The position numbers and the translations under genes are program-made. The notes under the pieces are model-generated. The model made no database searches. It saw only the letters and a program-made list of their open reading frames with translations, and had not been told where the DNA came from. Positions 11,298-22,700 of a stretch of DNA of 64,000 bases are shown here, piece after piece (the first letter of the stretch is position 1; each line of letters starts with the position of its first letter). This DNA is from Phallusia mammillata (Eukaryota): the NCBI GenBank assembly GCA_965637545.1, contig OZ281494.1, positions 3,596,001 to 3,660,000 on the forward strand, read 5' to 3'.

Positions 11298-12568
11298 TTA
11301 TTTGTGACGTCGTATTTTATCGTAGGGTGAATCCGATTCGTTACTAGCCCCGTGTCTGTTATCATAGATATTAGTTGGATTGCTACCGCTTGCGAATTGA
11401 TCGTGGACTTCCCCATGTTGAGATAATTGCAAAGTGTCGTAACTGACTTCATCCAACTGATTGTGATCGTATTTTCGAACATGTGATTGTTGTCCATTGT
11501 CGTGAACCTTTGTTGATTGTTTCAACTTTCTGACCTGAGCATAGACATCGCTGCTTCCTGCTGCTGGCTTTGCAACTTCGCCAACCGCAATGCTTTTGTG
11601 ACGTGCTTCCTGGATTTCGTCATAATGACTGACTGCATGTTTTTGATGACGTGTCGAAGGTTGTGTTGAATGGTTGGCGAAACTGTTTTCTTCGTTATGA
11701 GGAATGTTGTACGTTTCTTCGGGTTCAAATTCGTCGCCTGTAACACAATTAATTCGATCCTGTTTAATTTTTTCAGCAAGCCGAATAGTTTTATTCTGAA
11801 ACTGACAATAATGGTTGTAAAATGGAAACAACAATTATGAAAGGTAATACAGTGTATGTAAGTTTACCATTGTTGAATTATTTTTCAAAAACAAACAAAT
11901 TATAGTTTAAACAAGTTATAGTTACTGTTATAAACAACTGTCGTATGTTTTCTACCCTCTACATCATATTCAATCACTGCAGCTGCGTTCACCGGTTTGT
12001 TTCTCCTGCGGAAGGAAACGCCGAATTTACTTTCTTAAAGAGTGAGAAAACATCAGTACAAGTGACTTATTGCAAACTTTCAGAGAAAGTTCCAAAATCA
12101 CAAAATGATTTTCCTACTTATAGTCTTACTTGGACAGGTTGTTGATCAAATTTGTCCTATGTGTTGAGTAAAGTAAAGTTATGTACAGAAACCTACTGCA
12201 GTTACCTTCTTTTCTTGTGTGACGTAACAAAGAAAACGAAAATGCAGATTATGACTAATATGACGCATCCGCTTGCTGTTGAAGCAATGATGGCTGTGTT
12301 AGCATTCGTTATGGCTGCAAAAATCAGAGAAAAAAACGTTTTAAATTTATCAACAGCATACACTTGACAAAATTAAATGTGATGTTTCGTTTTTCCGGGT
12401 TTTTGTGTCTGAAAATTGTTTATTCAACAATTTGTTCCGGTAAGTTTCTAATCAGTCAATTTGGTAATTGTTTCTTACCTTGTGTAGTGGTGTCAGTTGG
12501 CGAAATTTTGGTTGTATTTCTTACTATGGATGGTGTTAATGTAGTGGAAATAGTTGATTTGGCAGATT
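11298..12568 (-). pseudogene. 5'-truncated duplicate of the C-type lectin/ITIM receptor (end of stalk, TM exon and cytoplasmic tail only)
   Basis: Colinear with about 22638-23972. Intact TM exon and tail (SHYDEI, DVYAQV, VSYDTL, NIYDN, SPYDKI). No signal-peptide or lectin exons; homology breaks at about 12568 into module M. Confidence 0.8.
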
Positions 12569-12915
12569 GGCAGATTATAGTAGGTTGGTGTACAGCATGA
12601 ACAGTTTGCTTTAGCTTAGAAGAGATTGCAGTGCTAAACTCGCTGTAGAAACAGCAATTGATTTTTATTGCATTGCAAGTGAATGTCATCTGTAAGGTTG
12701 TTTCCCTTTCCGACCATTTTCTGATGCACTTGTTCAATCTCATATATTAAACAACAAAGGTCATAAAATTTGGTGAAAAGTCCGACAGTAATGTGTTGTT
12801 TTTGTTTTAGTTAGATCATTAGGTTGTTTTAAAGTTAGATTAAACGTCCACAACGGCAGTTGTAATTTAAGCAAACTTTCTTCAACCGACAAGCAAAATC
12901 TTCAACTGACCGAGA

Positions 12916-13948
12916 ATGGTATTTACACTTTTCATAACTTTCCAGTGATTGTAAAATGCAAAAGTTGATATATGTAGCTATTGGGGCGAAAATCTGGAAA
13001 TCATTGGACGTTTTAAAGCAAGTGTAATAGCAGAGGCTCGAAAACACCTGCGCACTGTAAGTTGCGCCTATAGAGCCAACTTAATCACTAATTTTGTTGA
13101 TTTAAAACAATTTGCATCAGATTAAACTGCGGCCCAACCAAAACAAAAGTTATATCCCTATAAGGTCCAGACGACGTACGAAGGTGAAATTACGATACAA
13201 ATGTTGGCAGTTTATAGCTAGACCTGATGCAAGGCAGTTTTGAAAAGGGTGGAATGACATAAATTTTTAGCTTAACCCTAAAGTGGGTGTTGAATTTCTG
13301 CTTGGTTAAGAAGCAAAATCAAAAAATATAACCCGTTTTAAAGCTGATTACAGCGAAAAAAATTACTTGTGATTTAAGCCCACTTAAATTAATTTCTTTT
13401 TCGTGCAACAGTCTATTTGTGTTTATTGTTTAGGAGTGGGGTAATTCCAACCAACATTGTTCACGATTTGTGAAGCAAGCTGCCATCAGGCAACTTTTAG
13501 GCGAATGCTATGGTGCTGGAATTATAGTGTTTACTTTTGAGTGTGTCTTTTGTGTGATTATGTATTTTGCTGTTGGTATGCTTGCATGCATATTATCCGC
13601 GACATATTTTGTTGGTATTTGCGCTTTTACCTTGTTTTTAAATGCCTATGACAAAAAACATGCGCCCCGTCGCTCCCACGAGCGCATTCCAGAACGTGTG
13701 CTGCATTTTTTTACACTGATTGGTGGTGCTCCGGCCACAGCTCTTGCCATGAATGATTGCTGCATTCATCACAAATGTAGTAAAGGGCTCTATAAAAAAT
13801 TTTTTTAAACCGTGCAGGTTGGTGCTGCTTTTGGTTGGTGATTTCTGCAGTTCTTGTGCTGAGTCTAATATATGAAGCTAAATTGTCTAAACTTTCACAC
13901 TATTGCTACTCACAACTAGTGATGTTTTTACAAAAGTACATCAAATAA
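12916..13948 (+). pseudogene. DUF1294-like gene, subfamily A, with a 1-nt deletion near 13800 (possible pseudogene or sequencing error)
   Basis: ATG|gtattt at 12916 and acceptor at 13433/13434. It reads aaaaaattttttt where the twin reads aaaaaagttttttt, giving TAA at 13806-13808. The restored frame runs to TAA at 13946-13948. Confidence 0.7.
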
Positions 13949-14629
13949 ATGGAAAGTCAAGCTTATTATTTGCTTCAGTTTGTAAATAAGTTGTTTTTTG
14001 CATTATTTTTCTTTACATGTTGGTAACCGTATGTGAACCAAATTTTCTTTCGTTTTTGCAAAATTACTTATAGCTTTTAGATAATTCGTCACGTCTTTTT
14101 CTGGCTTATACATCTTTCACAGATCAGAAAGGTTCCCAATAAATACATACACTACACTATGCAATTAATAACTGTTCGATAACGTATCACGTTAATACCT
14201 ACAACGTCATTTCCTTTACGTTAAACAACTACGTAGTTCGGAGGTGGAATTGTTTAAAGCAAACAGGCAGACATTTTAAAATAAGTAGCTGAGTTTATCT
14301 GTTGTCGATGGCTTTCTGCCAAAAACTTAAATTTAAAGCTGGGTAATATAATTAGTAGATGAAAAATAACGGACCTCGGCCAATCAAAAAAAGTGATAAT
14401 GATGATTTGACGTTTGTTTGCTTATTTTTTAATTTACTGCAAATACACATTTGGCTGTGTGTTTACGACATTTTAAGGTTAAAGATATTCATGTGCAATG
14501 TTGAATGCTTTTAGCTTTTGTTGTGGTTTTTATTAACAGTTTACAACTTTAGTTTGCAATCTGGTATTGTTCACTGATTCTTGTTTGTTTTCCAAAATGC
14601 TGTTGACCTGAATTGAAACAAATAAAAAA

Positions 14630-15349
14630 ATGGTATGTAGAATTTATTCTGTAGTTTTTAAAGATACGAGATTACCAAATGTGTAGCGGGAAAGTCGAAT
14701 AATTTAACATTAACTGAGCGGTTACAAATGCATCTCATAGTATCTAAAAGCTGTGCTTGAAAAAAAAAAAACGTTTATAACACACTGACCTACGAAGAGT
14801 TTCTGTTTCAACCACAGAATAACGAAATTTGTGTTTAACCTTTAGGATCAAGGCAATTCAAACTCACATCACTTATTTTATGAACCACAAACTGCAACAA
14901 CAAGTTACTTTGATACTTGCCAAGGCGCGGGAATTTTCATATTTGTTCTGGAAATTGTATTTTGTGTATTTATGCTTTGTGCTGTTGGTGCAAATGCTTA
15001 TGGCATATTCTTGATATATTTTGTTCTCATTTGGATTCTGACTCTTGCTGTAAATGCTTTTGACAAGGGCCTAGCATGCGATGGCTCTCCCCAGCGAATA
15101 CCAGAAGATATGCTGCATTTTTTCACACTGATTGGTGGTGCTCCGGCCACAGCTTTCGCAATGAATGATCCTATTCGACACAAATGCAGTAAAGTTTCCT
15201 ATCAAAAGAAGTTTTTGAGTCATGCAAGCTGTTGCTGCATTTGGCTGATGATTTTTGCCGGTATTGCACTTCTTAACGCAAAATGGTTTGCGGTGTCCCT
15301 TGTCCTATCAATGTACCATTCCATTCACTACTACAAAAATAACGAGTAG
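14630..15349 (+). CDS. DUF1294/YsdA-like membrane protein, subfamily B (about 168 aa; exons 14630-14632 and 14846-15349)
   Basis: aaaaATG|gtatgt; acceptor cctttag|GAT; open frame with AVNAFDKGLACDGSPQRIPEDMLHFFTLIGGAPATAFAMNDPIRHKCSK; AATAAA about 30 nt after the stop. Confidence 0.85.
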
Positions 15350-15656
15350 TTACCACGAGTAGAGTATTGTCTGATTAATAAAAGTCACATTTTTTGCAAG
15401 TTGTCACTAAATGTTTTTCATTTTTGCATCCCGTCCATCTGCATGCAAACATATTGCAAAGTTTATGAAGTATTGTTTCTATAAATCATGTTTTTTTTTA
15501 ATGCCAGATTTTGTTGTTACCAGTTTATAGGTTTGCGGTTCATTTGATATGTGATGTATTGTTGGTGGGCAAATATCTTTCATTTTGAATGGTTATAGAA
15601 AAAGTTTCAAAAGACCCCTTGTATTAGCCTATACATACAAGACCGAGACTGTAGAT

Positions 15657-16664
15657 CAGGGGTTCTTAAACTTTGGGGCGCGCCCCCCTAGGGGGCGTGA
15701 AGGGTTGGCAAGGGGGGCGCAGCACAATCTGGCTGCAAAGTTTTCACTTGCAAACAATTGTAAATGAATGAATTGGAAATATGTCGGCACTGATTTCGAA
15801 CTTATTGTTTAAAATAAACGCTTCATTACTCTGAAATGGATGTCCAGTTGTACTAACCAAACTTTTCTACATTGCGGGCCGGATACGTTTAATACTAATT
15901 CGCGCGGGCCGCATAGTTTACATGCCCTAGTGCCGTCTTCTCAAGCTTAACCCATGAGGCTATTTTTATGGGGGTGCCAAGTTTTTTTTGGTCTTTTCAA
16001 AAACCCATTTAAAATCTGTTAAATTGTATAGTTAGTCTCATCTTACAAGGAATATTTACATATTACGTCACAAGTAACACAATAAGGCAATTGTTTGCGC
16101 ACAATTAACACTTTTTGTTTTGTCTGTGACGTAATAAACTGACTTTGGATCAATCCTGGGCGTTGCAATCTTGTGAAAGTCGGTAATATTAATTTTACAT
16201 GTCGTAACAGTAAACTTTCGCAAGGAGTAGATCAATTTTTGACAGTATGAAGTTATCAATACGTTTTGGCAAACCTAAAAAATGGGATCGCGGGCCGTAG
16301 TTTGGTAACCCCTTTGCTATATAGTCGGCCGCACATTCTTTATTTTTTCGCAATTTCGCATTAGAGAATGCCTTGACTTTGAGTGAATCAACAATTTCTG
16401 GGCAACATATGCGTAGTTTACAAGAATACTGGCAACGGGGCTCTGTGCGCGCAAAAAAAACTGGTTTTCGCAACTTATCAGTGTTAAAGTGGCTTTTTCT
16501 AACGATTGGAACTAACTTGACAGTAGCTTAAGGCGGACCTACGATGTATGTTGTTTTCAAAAAAACAAGACAAGCATCATCAGTGCTAACGTTTTTTAGG
16601 GGGGGCGTGAGAATAAATAAATAGTGTCAAGTGGGGCATGGCCGAAAAAGTTTAAGAACCCCTG
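15657..16664. mobile_element. Non-autonomous hAT element (TIR CAGGGGTTCTTAAACTTT), degenerate TSD ctgtagat/ctgtaaaa
   Basis: Perfect terminal inverted repeats. The interior contains fragments of other MITE ends (gggccgtagtttggtaacccct). Confidence 0.75.
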
Positions 16665-19238
16665 CTGTAAAAGAAACAGGTGTGCAATTACTGGGAATGC
16701 CCCTTACTCGAAACAACAGTTTCGACTTGCGACTGATGAAGAACAGAACCATAACAACTACGCGGTTGATGTCTATGTAAAGTTTATAAACAGATCTCTT
16801 GAACCATTTGGTAGAGTTTAATGTTTTTGCACCATCGCTAAACTCGGGTGTGTTTTATTAATCATACACAATTAATAGGCTATTTTTATACGCGATTTCG
16901 ACCTACATTGATATTTCTGTGCCTGTATGCTGTTACGTAAAAACGAGTTGAATATACCATAGTACCAGAGTGAGTAAATACAAAGTGTATGTGGTCTGAA
17001 TACATTTATAAAATAAAAATTTAGCATACCAGAAAGTGTGTCATACTATTCATACTAAAACTTCCACAGGTTAGCATTCCTATTTTATGCATCACATTGT
17101 TGTACATATTATCAACATTATCAAAAATCTGCATCAAAACTTCGTCCGAATAGGAACAAATTTAGCATTGACAAATTATACAATACAATGCCCTTCCAGT
17201 TAAAACATGTTGATTTAATGTAATTCCTTACAGATTGCACATACAACTTTTAATTATTTTTACATTTGTAAATTGTAGTGGATTTCGTTATTGTGTTTTA
17301 ATACAAAAGAGCCTTGGAATGCTTGCTCCAATTGTTGTAAGAAAGTTTTATTATATTTACAGTTACAGCTGGTAACACTTAGCTCTGAGAGCTTTGTAAA
17401 AATCTTTGGTCATCAGTGCAATGCAAGAATTGTGTTAATAGGCAAAACAACGTCAAATAAAAACTTTGCGAATGTGGGGGTGGATTAAATTGGTTAAGAA
17501 TCACTGACCCAGACAGAATCTACCTAACTCGGTGGAATCATTCAGACGTGAAACGAAGGCTCGTAGGGGGCCTATGATCGAAAAGCAGTTTTGTCTTGTG
17601 ACGTAGCTGAAATTACTTTTTTCCTTCAAATGATTTGAGCGTCAGAAACTTTACAATGAACGATTGTGATGTTAGACTTTAGAGTCTAACAGATACATCA
17701 AACGTGCTGTCAGATATATTCATTAAATTTGCTATCTAACGTCGTTAAAGTTGTGCTCAATGTTAGAACTAACTGTTTCACCAAATTATTACTATAGGCT
17801 CAAGTTTACGTTGATATGCACAAAAACACTAAATTTTTTTTTTTCAATAAGACAGAGTTGTGGTGTTATCCAAAAGTTAATTTAATTCCCTTCATTCATG
17901 CTTACAAGCAATAATCGGAGAATCTGTAGATTGAATGGCGTTGAATGGCAGCGAATTCAACACCTTTGGGTGAAGGCTTGGGGCCTTTCAAACTTTTATT
18001 ATACGTTTTGGTGTAGTCCACAGCATGAAAGCTTGGTAAAGCTTAATAGAGTATGTAGTGCTAAACTTGCTGTCCAAACAGTGAATGATTTATATTGCTT
18101 TACAAGTAATTATAAACTGTTGATATGTTTTTTCTATCTTATTTTCTGAATCCTATGTTCACACTATATTTTCAATGCATTTTTAATGATAAAACCTTGC
18201 CCAAACCCTAAAAGCTATAACTGTGAGCATTTTTTGGAGATATACGGTGTTAAAAAGGTATTTGTGCTCTATTTCCCACCTATCGAAATTTACCTAAAGG
18301 TGGGTCTGCCGTGGGGTTTGTGTTCGTTGATTTTCCAGTTATTACAGTGTTAGCAGCTCTAACAAACTGACGCAAATAGAAGCGACCCAACTCCGTTTAA
18401 AAATCATTCAGGCGTTAAACGTAGGCTCGTAGGGGAAGTAAACTGGTAAAGAGAAACACGTGATCGAAACAACAGTTTGCCTTATGACGAGACTGAAACT
18501 ATTTTCTTTCTTAAAATGATTTGAACATCAAAAACCGTACAATTAACGATTATGTTGATAGGCGGGTAATGCATCAAACGGGCTGTCAGATATCTTCATT
18601 AAGTTTGCAGTTCAATGTCGCTAAACTTGTGCGCAATGGAAGTGTTAAATGTTTCACCATACTATTACTATAATTTCAAGTTTACCTTGATATGTGGAAA
18701 CGCAGTAAAATGTTGTGATATTTGTTATACATCTGAAAACGACAATACAAAGAGCTAGTCAGTCAGACGGTTTTCCTTTCATTCATGCTTACAGGCATTA
18801 ATTGAAGAATCCGTAGATTGAATGGCGTTGAATAGCAATGGATCCATTTTTAGTTAGACACACCTTTGGGGAAAGGGTTGGGCGTTTTGAAACGAGGATT
18901 ACAGTCGGTTGCCGTACAGCATGAACAGTTGGCAGCAGAAACAGTATAGCTCAATAGAGAATGTCGTGCCAAACTTGCTGTAGAAACAGCAGTTTATTTA
19001 TATTGCTTTACAAGTAAATGTAAGCTGTTAAGTTGTTTTCCTTTCTGACCATTTTCTGTTTCGCTTGTTCGCACTTGTATATTGAAAACGGAAGTCACAA
19101 CATTTGGTAAAAGGTCCGCCCTTAACTTGTTGCTGTTTCAGATCATTAATAAGATTAAACATCAACATCCAGAAGTTATAAATTGACCAGATTGCGTGGA
19201 CAAGTTTTCATCAACTGGCAAGCAACATCTGCGATTGA

Positions 19239-20403
19239 ATGGTATTTATACTTGTAACTTTTCAGTTGTTGTAAATTACAAAACGTTGTTATACTTAGCT
19301 ATTGAGGCAAATATCTGGAAAATACGGGGCGTTCTAAAACATAGAAAAAATTCTGCAACCTGCTGCCTTTCGGATAGAAATTAAGTACCCCTTAGAGAGA
19401 GGGTTTAAGCTATAGTTGTTATGCATTGCGAAAACGCCCACAGCTAAAATTCTAAAATCATTTTTCGGCAAAGTTTTAATATTACTATGATCACTGCAAT
19501 GATCTAAACCATGGTTTAAACGCCACAAAACAGTGATAAAAAAATCGGGGCTCACGATTTTATAAGCCTAATTGTATATGACTCTCGCGAAATAAAAGTT
19601 GCACACCCTGCTCTGAGGTGCAACTCAAACTTATTTTTTTAAGTTATACCTATAGTAGTTCCACAAGACTTACTAAGGTAAATTTACAATAGAAAGATGG
19701 CTAAGTGTAAAGTCAGACCCAATTCAAGCCCGTTTTGTCCAGACTTAAGCCCGAACTGGTATAACAAAACTTTAGGCTAGGTCTAAAGAGTGTGTAATGT
19801 TTCTTGTGGGTGGATAATTTAAGAAACAAAACCGAAATATACAGCTTGAGTTAAAGCGGTTTGAGCCATGTAGTTTGACGGTATCAACGTGTGGTGTAGC
19901 AAAACCCACCTAAAATCATTCACGTGCTTTTCAAAACTTTATAATTGTGTTTTTTTGTTTAGGAGTGGAACAGTCACAACCAATATCGTCCACATCATTA
20001 TGGAGTCAATCGTTTAGACGATTGCTATGTTGCTGGTGGTTTTGTGTTTATCCTTGAGTGTTTGGTTTGTTACCTGGCTGGTAAACCTGAAAGTGACATA
20101 TGTGCGATATACTTCTTTGGTATTTGCTGTTTTACTTTGCTTCTAAATATCTTGGATAAAACCCTTGCAATTGTTGACTGTTGTTTACGCATACCAGAAT
20201 GTGTGTTGCATTTTTTGACCATATTTGGTGGTGCTCCCGCCACAGCTTTTGCCATGAATGATTGCTGCCCTCGACACAAACGCAGTAAAGTGCCTTATCA
20301 AGAATGGTTTTTGATTTGTGCGACTGTCTGTATCTTTGGGCTTATGGTGTGTTGTGTTGGCCTATTTGTTGTAAAAAATATCAAACAACTGCCAAAATAT
20401 TAA
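19239..20403 (+). CDS. DUF1294/YsdA-like membrane protein, subfamily A-related (about 147 aa; exons 19239-19241 and 19963-20403)
   Basis: ATG|gtattt in module M; acceptor tgtttag|GAG; LNILDKTLAIVDCCLRIPECVLHFLTIFGGAPATAFAMNDCCPRHKRSK; AATAAA about 45 nt after the stop. Confidence 0.8.
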
Positions 20404-22061
20404 ATGTATAGTCACCAAGATATGATGATTTAAATTTCAAATGTTTCAATAAAGCCCACGTATTGTACATAAGCCACATTTAAACCATCATTTCGACTGA
20501 TATTACAATCTGTATTCAACTGTGTGCTGAAGTTTTCTTAAAATTTAATAATTTTAGGGTCGAAAAAATGAGAATATGGAAAGTTTTCTGAAAGAAAAAC
20601 ATCTACAAAAGTTTATAACAGCTGTCAAAGATCGACTGACAACGACTTAAGGCAGCTTCCAGAGTGATTTTTACGCCGTGCTGTAGCCTACAAACTTATT
20701 TAGATTTCAAGTCCAGAAACAAAACATATACGTTTATGGGTTTCTGTCCAGAAAATTAGGATTAGACAAACTTTAGGGCAAGGTGTTAATTTTTGTAGTC
20801 AAGATAGCCCAAATGGTAAGGTCTTGAAAACGTTTATTAGAGGTTTGCACCAACTGAAATGTATACTGTAATAAAGCAGAGCGAATCGTGCATACTGGCT
20901 GGGTTATTTGCTATCAAATTGTAACAAAGTACTTGTTTTAACTATGTTACAAATAGCTTTCGTTCATAAACTTAAGAACTATTTAGACTAGGGTGGTATG
21001 AATATTTGTCGTGCCAGGAATTGCAGAACCTTAATGAAATGTGGGATAACATGCAGGCTGTAGACTTAAGTCAAATAGTTAATTTGATTTATTGCTGCCA
21101 AATTTAGTTTAGATGGTTTGTAAACACGCTGGAGCACTTGTACCAAATTGCTTTAAAACAGTTTTAAAAATGTACGGCAAGATAAGTGTACAAAACAATA
21201 AAACTCGCAGTAAATAGTTTCTCAAAAGAAACACCAGCTTTTCAGGTATGTTTTTTGCAGTATTATTATCAAACAAAAAAGACAATAGGCAGTGTGTAAC
21301 AATAATTAAACTATATTATATTTTAGTTTGTGGAGGAAAAGTATGTCAGTTGTTTTCCAGTGTATTGCCAGCTCTATGTCAAAAAAAGGTTTACAAGCAT
21401 TTTTTAAGTCAACGTATGTATAAACAATGTCTTATACCCAGCAACTTGGAACGCGACTGCGGTTTGCAAATTGAGATGGTGAAGGTTATAATTTCACATA
21501 TATTTTAAAATTGCATCAAAACGAAAGCATTTTTTCTTGCACATAAAAAAACATTAGCAGTGGGCCTTATTACCTTCCGGGCCTATATACCTTCAGGTAC
21601 CTTACATCATATTTATAATTGCCAAAACTTTACATGACACAAGTGGTTTATTAAAATCGTTTTTACATGTTTATTACGCTATTTACAATATGTTTAAAAA
21701 TTGAGCAACATAACATCCGAATTTGTGAGTTCACCAAAAAAGATTTTTTACAGTCGGCCTTAACACATTATTACGCTATATTTAGATTAAAGTATACATT
21801 AAAATGATTAAAGTGAAATAAAATGCTGTCGTGAATTGTTGTATCACCGCCAGACCAGCGGATGTCGCTAGAGTCACACTAAATTCACTTGCTCAACCAA
21901 AAATCTATTTGAAGGGCAGGAACTTGGCCAAATGGTCTAGCGCGTCTGACCCACTTACAGACATATAAAACCTGATCGGGATTCGTCCCCAGAAGCATCC
22001 TGGGTTCGAACCCCGTAAAGAAAAAAATTTACTGCCCAGCAGTTTTTGGAATGGTCCAAGG

Positions 22062-22373
22062 CAGAGTTGCAAGCGGGCCTGAAATCTGAGCCCGAACCCG
22101 GCCCAAACCCGAAACGTTGTGAGAAGCGTGTTTGGGCCCGAAATTTTGATTGACAGGCCTACACAATGAACAATCGTTGACAATGGGGTAAACAATACGT
22201 TTTAGAGTAGGGTGGGCATTAGGTCAAAGCCAGAGAATTGTTACTAAAAATGGCAGAAACGGAACGTAAAGTCAGGTCCGTTTTGAGCCCGTTTTTTGAC
22301 AAACACCTAAGCCCGAAACCGAACCCGGCCCGAAAAGCCCGGCCCGAAAAGCCCGGCCCGAATTGCAACTCTG
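22062..22373. mobile_element. hAT-type MITE (TIR CAGAGTTGCAA), perfect 8-bp TSD gtccaagg
   Basis: TIRs cagagttgcaa / ttgcaactctg; TSD at 22054-22061 and 22374-22381; subterminal (g)cccggcccgaaaa tandem motifs. Confidence 0.9.
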
Positions 22374-22700
22374 GTCCAAGGCGCTTAATACGGAAACAGA
22401 CACGAAAACAGTGATTAGAATTCGTGCTTTTGAATGTTTTCGGTTCCCGTCAATCATAATTTGTATAAAAGGTTTAAGGAATAAAAAAACAATTGCGATA
22501 TATACTGATTCGAAACCTCCAGAAAATTTAAACGTATACACCATAGTATTGGGAATATCGGATGAAATCACAATACTTTGGGCAATTAGTGCAAACACTT
22601 TGCATTGTTTTCTACAATATAAGGGACTTACTTCAGATTGCCATGGCATTTCGGCAAAAAACAATCAACAGTTTGTAAATTGAATTATAGTTTCCTTTGT

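Noticed and set aside
6886-12743. Repeated minus-strand ORFs MRLNKCIRKW... (6886, 12456) and MLTS(I/N)NRRICR... (9946, 17898)
   Set aside because: They recur only because module M was recently duplicated; more diverged copies of the module do not keep these frames, and no domain is recognisable.
16960-17460. Possible minus-strand L2/CR1 3' remnant (IHYNL, WKGIVLYNL-like)
   Set aside because: Too degenerate to support without a profile search.
20560-21700. Possible decayed Harbinger/ISL2EU-type transposase
   Set aside because: Only a few short resemblances (e.g. HDTSGLL) in different frames; no TIR or TSD found.
1461-22683. GC-rich ORFs at 1461-1740, 21905-22195 and 22272-22683
   Set aside because: They overlap the CAGAGTTG MITE copies; the open frames arise from GC-rich subterminal repeats.
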